Below, in pieces: positions 21,539 through 31,126 of a stretch of 38,107 nucleotides of DNA (its first letter is position 1; each line of letters opens with the position of its first letter). The position numbers were made by a program, and so were the translations under genes. The notes below the pieces were generated by a model. The model saw nothing but the letters and a program-made list of their open reading frames with translations. It did not search any database and had not been told where the DNA came from. Origin of the DNA: Candidatus Altimarinota bacterium (GTDB lineage: Bacteria; Patescibacteriota; Gracilibacteria; BD1-5; UBA2023); assembly GCA_043756665.1 (NCBI GenBank), contig JAYUQR010000045.1, forward strand, positions 1-38,107, written 5' to 3'.

Positions 21539-22408
21539 TTAAATAAAGTATGCGACTGCAACCTTAGTGAGGTTAGTAGTGAAGATATTTCCTCCATATA
21601 CAATTTCTGTAAAGACGTTCTTGAAGTTACCGTCGATACCTTCCATTGATTTGGTTCCATAATCCTCAGTTACTACATTTACACAACCCTTTTCCATCAT
21701 AATCATTTCGTTTGAGGCATTGAGTGCCGCACTATAGATGATAGGTGTGGATGAATACATTCCGAGATAACCCTCCTGAAGCATTCCATTACCCAATTCT
21801 GTATTAGTCAGAAGCTGAGCTCGAAGATATGCATCTTTGAGGCGAGAGCCAACAACACATACACGATCCTGAGATGTGTATGTTTCATCGAGTGCAACGG
21901 TTAATTGTCCGAATACTTGGACGATGGAAGAAGTGGCGATAGCGATTGGAGCACCTGAGTTGATTTTATTGGCTGCTGCAATCGATGCAATCTTATCCAC
22001 GAGGATGAGATCACGAGCATAGTTGTCCATGAGTACATCCTTAGCCTGTGCGAGATTCTTTCCGATAGCAAGCTCAAGAGGAACTTTAGAATGCCTAGAT
22101 TGAAAGTCTGTAATTTTTTCAAGGTATGGAGCATACTTTGAGAGGGTAAGAGGTTCAAGCGAAAGAGTTGTATTGGAAGGGGTGATTGATTGTCCTGGAC
22201 CTGTTCCGAGTGTCATTCCCGATGCACCTGTAATTGATAGTCAAGTGAGTACAATATTTGTCATAACAGGAACAAATACGATTGATGCACGTCCCTGTAG
22301 TTCTCCCTGATATTCAGTAGAGAGGTAAGGAGCGAATGAAGATTTCTGCTGATTGAGTCTGCGTACCTCTGATTTGAAGACATTATCGCTAAAAACTGGT
22401 GATGCCAT
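21539..22408 (-). CDS. major capsid protein (289 aa)
   Basis: Track ORF 21539..22216 extends upstream through TGA to ATG 22408; stop TAA 21539-21541. Product MASPVFSDNVFKSEVRRLNQQKSSFAPYLSTEYQGELQGRASIVFVPVMTNIVLTG...GYLGMYSSTPIIYSAALN...VAVAYFI. The composition, size and position after a scaffold-like gene fit a coat protein. Confidence 0.8.
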
Positions 22409-22453
22409 GGTATAAAAAAATTATTGTTAAAATTTTTTGACCTTCTGATTGCT

Positions 22454-23011
22454 TTATACAAGTTTTATCTTTCAAGAGTCCATTCCCGTACGTATACGAT
22501 TGTATTCTGCTTGATTTGTCCCCGCAATATTATCGAGCTCTTTACGCGAGATAGTAGAGCGAGTATTCGTTGCACTTTCACCATCAGATAGTCAAAGTGA
22601 GTTTAACTTTTCACGATTGACTCTAGCCTTATCAGAATTCATTACAAGGACTTTTGCCTCATCGAGTGAGAGCCCTTTTTTGCTGTAGGTTTCGATTTCT
22701 TTCGTGTAGTCGCTAAGCTCGGGATTTGCTTTCAGGAAGTCTCTTCGTTCGAGGTCTGCCTCGGTGAGATACTTCGTTGTCGGCTCTGGTGATGTTTCTG
22801 CCTTAGCTTTCTTTTTATAGTCTACATTGGCTCTTTCTGATCCTACCAAACGATTTGCGAACTTTGCAAGATCTTTATCGGTAAAATTGTCAGGGTCTAT
22901 TCCGAGTCGATTGAATGTTTCCATATCACTATCAGAATATCCTGAAACATACTCATTTGTGTCATCTCCGATATTTACATCGTCAATAACTTCTTCGTTT
23001 ACTTCTGCCAT
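22454..23011 (-). CDS. scaffolding protein candidate (185 aa)
   Basis: Acidic, helical product MAEVNEEVIDDVNIGDDTNEYVSGYSDSDMETFNRLGIDPDNF...KKKAKAETSPEP... lies immediately upstream of the capsid gene. It reads through TGA 22592-22594 to TAA 22454-22456. An upstream in-frame ATG at 23080 would add 23 unlikely residues. Confidence 0.65.
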
Positions 23012-23137
23012 AGTAAGCTTGGTTAAGCAGATAAAAAGACTTGTTTCGAGAGTTTGTCCGAACTCCAGCCTGCCATCCATTAGAGAGCAGAATTGGAATA
23101 TAGAATAAGTATAAAACTATCCATGGTCTATTCAAGT

Positions 23138-23374
23138 TTATTTACTGGAATCAAATATCGATTTTGCAAATACCTTGAACACATTCTCCAGTGTCTCTGC
23201 ATTATTAAATGCTTCTAGATCTATTTTAGAAGAATATGGGTATACTTTCCCTCATTTCTGTAGTACAAAAGTGAAACTCCCATCTTCTACAGGACAATAG
23301 AAGTGAAGTGCATCTGCTGGTGCGAGTTCTTCTTTGAGTATGTCGGGATTCTCTATCATTTCTTCTACTGTCAT
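23138..23374 (-). CDS. hypothetical protein (78 aa)
   Basis: ATG 23374, TAA 23138-23140. Product MTVEEMIENPDILKEELAPADALHFYCPVEDGSFTFVLQKGGKVYPYSSKIDLEAFNNAETLENVFKVFAKSIFDSSK. Confidence 0.6.
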
Positions 23375-23625
23375 AGATTAGGAATATGAGTAAATAACGT
23401 GTTTTTTTGGATTATATCCTCGTATACTTTCTGTTGCCTAGCAAAGAGACTGGTTTCTTCCATCATTTTATGCGATTCTTCGCTCGTAGGATCAAAATTA
23501 GAGTTTTGCATTTGCTTTTTCATAGTTTCCATAAGAAGCTCATCTCGCATTCTCTTAATGAGAGCCCATCCTGCATGAGACATAAAATCTATGAGAAGAT
23601 TCTTATTTTGTTGTGATAATTCCAT
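23365..23625 (-). CDS. hypothetical protein (86 aa)
   Basis: ATG 23625 overlaps the portal stop (TAATG). The frame reads through TGA 23371-23373 to TAG 23365-23367. Product MELSQQNKNLLIDFMSHAGWALIKRMRDELLMETMKKQMQNSNFDPTSEESHKMMEE... Confidence 0.6.
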
Positions 23626-25472
23626 TATATCGGGAGTAAAGGATTAGAATTTTGCTGGCCTGCAATATTATTCATAGCAATATTTGCGGTTGTACCATCT
23701 GATACACCTGCATCCTGTATCTCGAATGTTCGAGTATCCTGTATAAGTTGATCAATTCGCTCTATAATCTTTCGTTTGGCTGGAGTGTTAATGGCTTGTG
23801 AATAGATCTGACGGAGAGTGAGGAGATTCTGTCATGCGATAGGTTCAGAGATTTGTATATTATTATTAAGAAGCTCGATATTGTTGTTTGCTTCCCACTC
23901 ATCGACATCAGGAGGGATGACTGTCATAGGATCGAGATCTCGTATGCCTGATTTCTCTATGAGTGTTCTCAGGAGTACATTCATGGCATATCCTGGCTTC
24001 ATATTCGGCATCAATAGGTTTGCACTTGCTATAAGCTTCTGATAATCTTGATCATCCTGTGAACGTTTTTCTTCCTGAGAGACGACATAGATATTGATTT
24101 GTGATCCAGAAAGAAACTCTTTTTTGAGGAGAGTTCTGGAGTATGCTTTACCATTATCATAGAGAGCGATATTGAGGGAGCTTTTATCTCACATATAGAG
24201 CTCATATGAGTTAAATATATCTTCCCACATCTTCTCGTATGAGTCCATGTAGTTATCTCGTATCATTCTGTGTATTCGGCTTGCCTTCTGTTCCATTATC
24301 TGGACTTCTGCTTTTGTTTGACTTCATGGAGCCGAAGATCAGAATGCTATATCCCTATTTCCGCTTGTCTCTTGTGCCATCGTATCATTAAATTTTATTG
24401 CCTCTAGCACTGCTCCACTTGATTTATTGTGAGGAAGCTCTACAAATGCCGACTCATTACCGAGCTCATCAAATTTAGCCGCATACATAGCTCAACCAGG
24501 GCTTGTCTTATCAAGCTTCTCAGCATTCAGTCCGAGTTTATAATTGATAAGGTAGTCACTTCCGAGAGCATCACGTCTCGCAGAGATATTATAGAGATTG
24601 GACAGCTCGCTCATATTCTTCTGGTACTGTATCACCTCATCATAGAGGCTAGCGCCAAAGGCAGAATTTGGAATAGGTTTTCGTCTATGGAGCTGGATAG
24701 GATACCTTATCTTCATTGGATTCAGTTTCTCGGCTTTTGTCATGGGGTCAAGCACTACATATCTCAGAAGATTCGCAAATTCAGAGTCCCATATAGTGAG
24801 ATACTTGTATCATTCAAACGAAGTGAAGTGATATTTTATCGAAATCATTTCGTCATCTGGAACATCTTGTAAGCGATTCGCACTTGCTCGTGACTGTTCT
24901 GTCCTTCTCCATTCCTCGGATACGTTGGCAATTACAGATTTACGAGCTTTTTTATCATATTTCTCATTGTCACGGACATATCAGATCGTCATTTGTTTTT
25001 CTAGTCCGATAAATCTCATTTCTGAATCACAATAATTCTTGGGATCAAGAATAAGAGAGAGAGGGTCAATATGGGCGAGGAGTGGACATACCTCATCATC
25101 ATCGAAAGCTTCAATAAATGTTGCAGAGATTCCATAGAGATTATTATCATCTATGATTTGCCTCTTGATCTTTTTCACTCCCAGCTTTCGATAGAGGTGT
25201 TTTGCCACTTTATTTCGATTCTCAGTGATCTCATCTTCGAGGACTCACTTTTCTGAGACAGTCACTATATCGAGTTCATCGGTCAAAAAAGTAGCAGTTT
25301 CTAGTTGCATATGCTTCCATAGAAGATTCTGTTTTACAAAGCCTTCCTGTGGTTCTTCGAGGATTTTTTTATCGACATTCCTTTTTCGTTCTCGTTCACC
25401 CTTAATATGGTCATATCACATCTGATACTCCTTTTGTACCTTATTCCTGAGAGCTTCAATATTTTTTACCAT
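23625..25472 (-). CDS. portal protein candidate (615 aa)
   Basis: Track ORFs 24981..25208, 24492..24755 and 23832..24014 share one frame, and all gaps translate without TAA/TAG. ATG 25472, TAA 23625-23627. The call rests on size and position, directly after the large terminase and before scaffold/capsid. Confidence 0.7.
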
Positions 25473-25527
25473 ATTCTTGTATAGGATTTATCTTTTTTAA
25501 TTCTATCACTTTTTGCGAAATTGCAAA

Positions 25528-27048
25528 TTATACTTTTCTTGCGAAGCTCCACATTTGTACATCTTTTGGCTTTATCTTGTTCTTATAGCTCACTCAGAGG
25601 TATCTGAATGCGTCACTTCAGTTTGAATTTATGTCGTGCTTTGGCTTATCCCTGAATATTCCATTCTTCTCATCGTATTCCCTTCGGTATCATGCGAGTC
25701 TGGTGAGTCCGACACTTGTTGTCTCTTCGCTAAAAAAACAGTAAGGAAACATATCTCGAACTGCATTAATCCCATCAGAGATAGAGAGCTTGGGCACTAC
25801 TTCTACCTTGCCCTTCAGATACTGTCTTGCTGTTTGTATTCTTGCTACTCCCATAGAGTATTCTGTGACCTCTGCATCGTGTGGGAGATAGTGAGTGTCG
25901 TACTTCTCATATCGAGTATTCACTATACTCATCGCTATCTCTGTAAGACCATAGCCTGATCCTTCCCAGTAATCTATAAGTCTCACTTCTCTCCCGAGTA
26001 TCTGATAGAACCATATGGCAGTCTCATCTCATCATCCTGCTCATCAGAGATCCCAGTGAGTATTTATGGGGAGTCTAGGATCATATGGGAATCTTCACAC
26101 TCTATTTTGACTTCTTGTGATTCCTAGTTCCTTCTCGTAGTACGCTCACTTGATGGCAAGGTCAAATGCCTCCTTAGGATAGCTTGGATATTCTCTGAGC
26201 ATATCTTCGTGCTGTTCCTCTCTCTTCTTCTGATACCATCTCATTTTTTTCTCAGCGAATCGTATGTCTGAGTGATTCTTCCGTATCCAGGAGTCTTGTT
26301 GTACTTTTTTGAAATATTCGCGAGTCTCGCTTGTTATTACTTCTCAGGATTCTAGCTCATATTCATCATCCAGCCACCAAGCATAGAAGTGAAACTTGTA
26401 ATCCATATCAGTGAGCTCTTTCCCCATCTCTTGGAGCTCCATTGCTTTCGTACACATATCGTAATAGTTTCCTGAGTTTCCCTCTGCCGTACTTTCTATA
26501 TCCACTTCACTTGTTGGGGCTACTGTATTGAGGGCTCCTGTCTGTATTTCTCTTGCCTTCTCTGGATACTTGTTACAGATCTTCCCGTATTCTGATATAT
26601 GGAGATGCTGAAGTGTTCCCCCCCGAAAAGAGGTATCTATCGATACAGAACAATGGTTGGATTCGAATACAAGTTCTCACTTTCGATCTGTCTTTACTTT
26701 GAAGGTATCTTTCAACCACTTCGGTAGGTTATCGAATGCGAACTTTACCTTGTCCCGGAATATAAGCTCTGCACTGTCTCGATCGTCTGCAATGATACCC
26801 ATTGATTTGTAAGAGGAGAAGAGAGCTTTGTCTAGTATCATTACATCTATGAACGTAGAAAATCCCAATTGACGAGCTTTAAGGATTATATTCTTCGTAT
26901 GTCTGTTGTGATAGTAGTGAGTCTGTTGCTTGTTTGGTATGAACGGGATTTTATTCCCTTGCTTATCTTTAATCGAATAAAGCTTTCACGAAAACAATCG
27001 CCACTCCTTATCTCCCAGATATGTCTTGATTTGTTCTAATTCGGTCAT
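25528..27048 (-). CDS. terL: terminase large subunit (506 aa)
   Basis: ATG 27048, TAA 25528-25530. ATPase motifs are NIILKARQLGFSTF (Walker A-like) and TLQHLHISEYGK. Nuclease motifs are HWDLGGAGGGDETAIWFYQ and NGSDAFRYLGV. Many motif glycines are TGA, for example 25618-25620. Confidence 0.92.
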
Positions 27049-27119
27049 AAAACACAATATGTAGTTTATGAATTGCTAAAAGGTCTATTTTTTATCTACC
27101 TACCCACTATATGTAGTGT

Positions 27120-27503
27120 CTATTGTAGTCATTGAATCTCTGATAATACAGATCATAGGATATTAAGGTTCTCAGTCGCTTTCCCTGTTATTAGCTGATT
27201 TTGTTTAAAAGTAGATTCCCTTAAGCTCGTCAACTGTGCGATTGTAATAGATTCATCCTCACTCTCTATCATCTTTTGAATTAAAACGTCTGCAAGGGAC
27301 TGTAGATTATTGTTTCTGGTAACTAAATCAGCTACTCATATGCTTTCTTCGCAAACTTCGGCAAATTTAGTGTGGATAATATGATTTACTGTTCGCTCAG
27401 GTATTCAGAGATCTTTGGCGATCTCTGTACCTTGTGCGTTCGTATTTATCTTAGCTTCAACTACTTTTGCTATTATTTCGTCGTTTGTTTTTTTACCTCT
27501 CAT
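27120..27503 (-). CDS. terS: terminase small subunit candidate (127 aa) with N-terminal helix-turn-helix
   Basis: ATG 27503, TAG 27120-27122. Product MRGKKTNDEIIAKVVEAKINTNAQGTEIAKDLGIPERTVNHIIHTKF... It lies directly upstream of terL. Confidence 0.6.
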
Positions 27504-27507
27504 AATT

Positions 27508-27642
27508 TTATCGATTATTGATATGCTCATTGATACTGAACAATACTCTATTAATCGCTTCAGTATTGAATACTTCGAGATTGTTATCTTTCAGGAATTT
27601 CTTGTAGATTTGTTCGTTTGACGGTTGTGGTGTTTCTGGCAT
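27508..27642 (-). CDS. small ORF (44 aa)
   Basis: ATG 27642, TAA 27508-27510. Product MPETPQPSNEQIYKKFLKDNNLEVFNTEAINRVLFSINEHINNR. Confidence 0.4.
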   Translation of the reverse strand: MPETPQPSNEQIYKKFLKDNNLEVFNTEAINRVLFSINEHINNR

Positions 27643-27714
27643 TTTTAGTAAAAATTATCGCAATTATAATCATCATCCATTCTATCAAGTGTGTGTTCGT
27701 CCATAATCGTAAGA

Positions 27715-28104
27715 TTAGAATATATCAGGAAGTCACTGAGGATGAGAACCGAAGATATCACGAGCATGAGTCAGTTTATTCAATTCATAGCACTCTCTGG
27801 CTATTCCTACTGCTTTCTTCGTTAACTTATCGCTTGTGATACATTCTATCTCAGTGAGAGTATCGTAGAACATCATAGTCTGAGAGTTAGCGAACCTGAG
27901 TTCACTTACTCCTGCATCGACTATAGATTCAGAGAGTGCAAGCTTTGCATCCAGGTCTTTCACTTCCTGATCATGAGATTCGAGCTTCTTGATCGCTTTC
28001 TCGATTATCATTCAGAGATTGATTGGGTTGGGTTGTTCACCTTCTCCTCCTCGTCTCCATTCGTTGTATTCTGTGAGGTATCGTATAATTTTTTTGTTCT
28101 TCAT
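27715..28104 (-). CDS. hypothetical protein (129 aa), first gene after the 28.1-kb terminator/promoter junction
   Basis: Track ORF 27733..28011 extended through TGA on both sides; ATG 28104, TAA 27715-27717. Product MKNKKIIRYLTEYNEWRRGGEGEQPNPINLGMIIEKAIKKLESHDQEVKDLDAKLAL... Confidence 0.65.
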
Positions 28105-28138
28105 GTGAGTATTATACTCAGAATTTATATAAAATCAA
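28105..28138 (-). promoter_or_regulatory. sigma70-like promoter candidate for the late operon, geometry compatible with a leaderless mRNA
   Basis: The minus strand reads TTGATT (28138-28133), 16 nt, TATAAT (28116-28111), 6 nt, ATG (28104). The -35 element overlaps the U-tract of the upstream terminator. Confidence 0.35.
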
Positions 28139-28164
28139 AAGAGAAATCCCCTATTATGGGGATT
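28131..28164 (-). terminator. rho-independent terminator on the minus strand
   Basis: On the minus strand, aatcccc-ataata-ggggatt (28164-28145) is followed by tctcttttgatttt. Confidence 0.6.
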
Positions 28165-28199
28165 ATATCACGAGTGATACCTTCTCAGGATAAGTCCTG

Positions 28200-28262
28200 C
28201 GAGGTGAGACTAAGAGCCTCACCTCGACCCTACCATCCGAAGAGAGTAGGAGTCGAGGTGAG
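28200..28262 (-). promoter_or_regulatory. mutually exclusive RNA helices (attenuator/antiterminator-like) between a stop codon and the terminator
   Basis: Segment B ctcacctcgac (28218-28228) is perfectly complementary to both A cgaggtgag (28200-28208) and C gtcgaggtgag (28252-28262). The B/C helix encloses a cUUCGg-capped inner stem (28229-28250). Confidence 0.5.
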
Positions 28263-28270
28263 CAAGTAGA

Positions 28271-28672
28271 TTATAATACTTCTGTCACTGTCCAGTTATT
28301 ATAATTAGCGATTTTGTATTTTTTTATTCCATCGACGGAGATGAAGTATTCTCCTGTCCTGATTGTATATGTGTCTGTCTCTCCATTGCGGAGGAGAAGT
28401 GGCTCAAGTCCGTCGTCACCCATACATCCTTTTCGAATTTTATTCCATTCCCCTCTTCGGTTCTCTGTCTCATCAGCAATTATATACTGAGCATTCCATT
28501 GTGCGTCATCCCGACGAGTGACTGTGATGGTCTCTTTGCCATCGATTCTGTCAATATTCTTCGAATCTCGAATCTTCTCCCCGATCTGGTATGTCTTAGT
28601 AGTAGCGGTAGTCATAAGTGGAAGGACTTTCACCTTTTGCCCGTTGGGGTCTAAGATAGTAGATGGTATCAC
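28271..28672 (-). CDS. hypothetical protein (133 aa; 114 aa if ATG 28615 is used)
   Basis: The track ORF has a GTG start at 28672, 9 nt after an in-frame TAG; stop TAA 28271-28273; no TGA. Product (M)IPSTILDPNGQKVKVLPLMTTATTKTYQIGEKIRDSKNIDRIDGKETITVTRRDDAQWNAQYIIADETENRRGEWNKIRKG... The start is uncertain. Confidence 0.65.
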   Translation of the reverse strand: MIPSTILDPNGQKVKVLPLMTTATTKTYQIGEKIRDSKNIDRIDGKETITVTRRDDAQWNAQYIIADETENRRGEWNKIRKGCMGDDGLEPLLLRNGETDTYTIRTGEYFISVDGIKKYKIANYNNWTVTEVL

Positions 28673-28776
28673 TCGTTGTCTCTATTGTTTTGACTCTCAG
28701 GGAGAGGCGGGAGATCCGCTTGTTGCGAGGTGATGGATGCAGTATATTCTTATTCTCCATGAAGTCAATATAATGA

Positions 28777-28935
28777 CTACATATTATCTTGACTTTCTCT
28801 TGTTTCCTTCTGTCTTTCCCTATAATCCATAAGAGAAATACGTCTAGTAAGCCAAGAACGCCTTGTTTGCAACTCTTTGATTTCTTTTGCTATTTTCTCT
28901 CGTTCTTCGAGATATTGTATACGATTTTTATTCAT
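28777..28935 (-). CDS. hypothetical coiled-coil protein (52 aa)
   Basis: ATG 28935, TAG 28777-28779. Product MNKNRIQYLEEREKIAKEIKELQTRRSWLTRRISLMDYRERQKETRESQDNM. Confidence 0.5.
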   Translation of the reverse strand: MNKNRIQYLEEREKIAKEIKELQTRRSWLTRRISLMDYRERQKETRESQDNM

Positions 28936-28940
28936 AAAAA

Positions 28941-29339
28941 TTAAAATGATGAAAGTATTAGATTCTTCTCGGACGGAGTTATAGTCGTTGCATGTCTCAT
29001 TGGGAACATCTTATTGAGTCATTCTGTGAATTGGATTGGGAATATTCCATACTTATCCTTACATTCACACACCTCATGCATACTGTGCCTTACAGCGAAG
29101 TCACATACATAACGATCTCATCCATTCTGCTGTCTCACTATCTCGCGGAATCATAGATAGTCTCTCCATAGTCAATCATGGAGTGTTTTACCTGTATCTG
29201 CATCGTGGATCTCTAGAGAATCGCTGTAGTTAGCGAGCTTTTGATCTATTTTTAGTTTTTGATACTGATTCTCAGTGATGGGAATCTCTCGATCCTTAGT
29301 GAGTTCGAGTATGTGGGTTCGTGGGTTTGTAGTGAGCAT
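28941..29339 (-). CDS. hypothetical protein (132 aa), possible PD-(D/E)xK-type nuclease
   Basis: ATG 29339, TAA 28941-28943, four in-frame TGA. The segment ...GGDRYVCDFAVRHSMHEVCECKDKYG resembles the D ... (D/E)xK core of restriction-endonuclease-fold enzymes. This is a weak motif-level call. Confidence 0.6.
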
Positions 29340-29357
29340 TTTTTAGAAAATTATAAA

Positions 29358-30053
29358 TTAAACAACGGTTCCTCTCCTCGGTCGATTCTCTATCTCTGAC
29401 TTCTTATTGACCGCGTCATTGTATACTTGTGCATAATGCTTATACACTGTCTCTGCATTATATACCTTCCCATTCCAGAAGTCGAGCCTCGACGATATAA
29501 AAATAATCTGCTTACAGAATTCTATGCGTGACATATTCGCTTTCTCACAGATCTCTCAGAATTCTTTTCAGGAAAGTATATTTTTTGCTCGTTCCCGTTC
29601 GTATTTTCATTTCCGATAAATGAGCCCAAGGTGCTCTACTTGTCACTGTATGATTTCGAGGAGATCATTGATTTCTTCATTTCTGAATTCTTGTTGTACG
29701 ACGAGAGCTTGCTCTCATTCTTCTTTAGAAGAATTTTGATTTGAATTGACTTGGTTTGACTTGGTTTGACTTGGTTTGGTCGCACGTTTTTTTAAATCTT
29801 CTCGCCCCATAGGTCGCCCCATAGGTGCGAGATCTATTCTAAGCGGATTTCATTTTTTCGAGCTCGCTTTATTCTCAATTTGTACAGCCTCCGTCCAAAT
29901 ACTCAAAACTACCCCTCATCTCATCGATTGTTCTATGTCGATAATCTCTCCGATCGATAGCCTCATAAGAGAATCGAATACGTACGCCTTATCAGAATCG
30001 ACCATATAGGTAATCTGCATGGCGTAGTGTGTTGGGATCCGAAGTATGTCCAT
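29358..30053 (-). CDS. putative replication initiator / DNA-binding protein (231 aa) with tandem DNA repeats inside its linker-coding region
   Basis: ATG 30053, TAA 29358-29360, seven in-frame TGA. It is the first gene of the leftward module. The central low-complexity segment LAPMGRPMGREDLKKRATKPSQTKSNQVNSNQNSSKEE is encoded by the repeats at 29748..29825. The function is inferred from this architecture only. Confidence 0.65.
29748..29777. repeat. three perfect tandem 10-bp repeats (gacttggttt), iteron-like
   Basis: gacttggttt occurs at 29748, 29758 and 29768. It is preceded by degenerate tttga units, so the TTGAC cores are spaced one helical turn apart. Confidence 0.9.
29802..29825. repeat. 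two perfect tandem 12-bp repeats (tcgccccatagg)
   Basis: tcgccccatagg occurs at 29802 and 29814. An A/T-rich tract tttttttaaat (29787-29797) separates it from the 10-bp repeats. Confidence 0.9.
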
Positions 30054-30068
30054 ATATATATAAAAAAC

Positions 30069-30125
30069 TCTCGAAAACCTACTTCTGGGGGAATTTTGCG
30101 ATACGCCCAGGGCAGGTTTTCGAGA
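30069..30125. promoter_or_regulatory. 12-bp inverted repeat with nested 5-bp repeat, just upstream of the initiator-like gene
   Basis: tctcgaaaacct (30069-30080) is complementary to aggttttcgaga (30114-30125). Nested inside are ctggg (30085-30089) and cccag (30106-30110). The element lies 16 nt from ATG 30053. Confidence 0.6.
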
Positions 30126-30880
30126 ATTGTTTAGTTTGCAAAATTCACTTACCGTATCGCACCCCTATTCTATCCCTTTCCCAATATAAAGCAAATATTT
30201 TGTAGTGGCTTAGTAATTGTAGAGAAAATAATCTTATTTATACTACTGTTCTGTCTAGAATTAGACGTTGATGGATATTGGAAGATTCCTTGATATAAAA
30301 AACTCTCTATTACTAGAGAGAAACTATCACGATACTTCATACTATCAACAAGAGAGTATTCGTCTGTTATGCTGACGAGTGAGAAATATACAAGCTCACC
30401 GATTGATTTGATTATACAGGCGAGATCTTTTTTTATTTCTGTGACCTATTCTATTATATGAGTTTTATCAGAGAAAGAAATAGATATATTCCTAAGGTTC
30501 TTGAATCCCTTTAGATGCCTTCCCTCTGGTATCATCTTACAAGATATCATATAAAATAGAGTACTATATAATATCATTCTTGTTCACTTTATGTGTACGA
30601 TTATCGCAGTGTATATTTTATGTGATGGCTTTATAGAGCCTTTTCATATACTTTATTCAAAATAAACTTGCGATAAAAGAAAATAAGAATATACTTGTTT
30701 TACGTTCAGCACAACATTCGGTACACGCTACTCCTCGAGAGAGAATGAAGACCGAAAAGGAACTCACAAGAAACAACTCAAAAATAGTTTCTCTCATATA
30801 TAGGACTTTCTGCATGTCGGATATATAGTCGCTATCGAGAGAGACTAGAACTTGAGAAATCAAGTAAAGACGCCCTAGCC

Positions 30881-30886
30881 TATAAT
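30881..30886 (+). promoter_or_regulatory. -10-like TATAAT box immediately upstream of the structured RNA candidate
   Basis: A perfect TATAAT sits at 30881-30886. No convincing -35 element lies at 16-18 nt spacing. Confidence 0.3.
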
Positions 30887-30887
30887 T

Positions 30888-31029
30888 AGGGTGAAGTGGT
30901 GGCGGAATAGATAACGCACTGTACTTCTCGCAGGGCGGGTAAGCCACGAGCGATTAGAGATTTATAAAACCTGTTATTGCAAGGTGACTATACGAGTATC
31001 TCTCGGCAAATCCTTGCCCACTTCACTCT
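30888..31029 (+). ncRNA. structured RNA candidate (~140 nt), class unknown
   Basis: A 12-bp closing helix pairs agggtgaagtgg (30888-30899) with ccacttcactct (31018-31029, one G-U). Internal helices are gtggc/gccac, cgcactg/cagggcg, gcaagg/ccttgc and cgag/ctcg. A T6 run follows at 31039-31044. No plausible ORF covers it. Confidence 0.45.
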
Positions 31030-31126
31030 ATTTATAACTTTTTTCTATATGAACGAATACGAACTCTTCCGCAGGTATGAACAAGAACGGGAATATTTTG
31101 AGCGAGATCCTGAATAGTCAGTATAT

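Noticed and set aside
23012-23080. A start of the scaffold-like gene at ATG 23080.
   Set aside because: It would add MDGRLEFGQTLETSLFICLTKLT, which is unlike the rest of the acidic helical protein. ATG 23011 (MAEVNEE...) was preferred, but this is a judgement call.
28596-28760. A 54-aa basic ORF (MENKNILHPSPRNKRISRLSLRVKTIETTSDTIYYL...) overlapping the 5' end of gene 28271..28672.
   Set aside because: It overlaps the longer ORF by 77 nt if that gene starts at GTG 28672, or by 20 nt if it starts at ATG 28615. I cannot decide between the models from sequence alone, so it is not listed as a feature.
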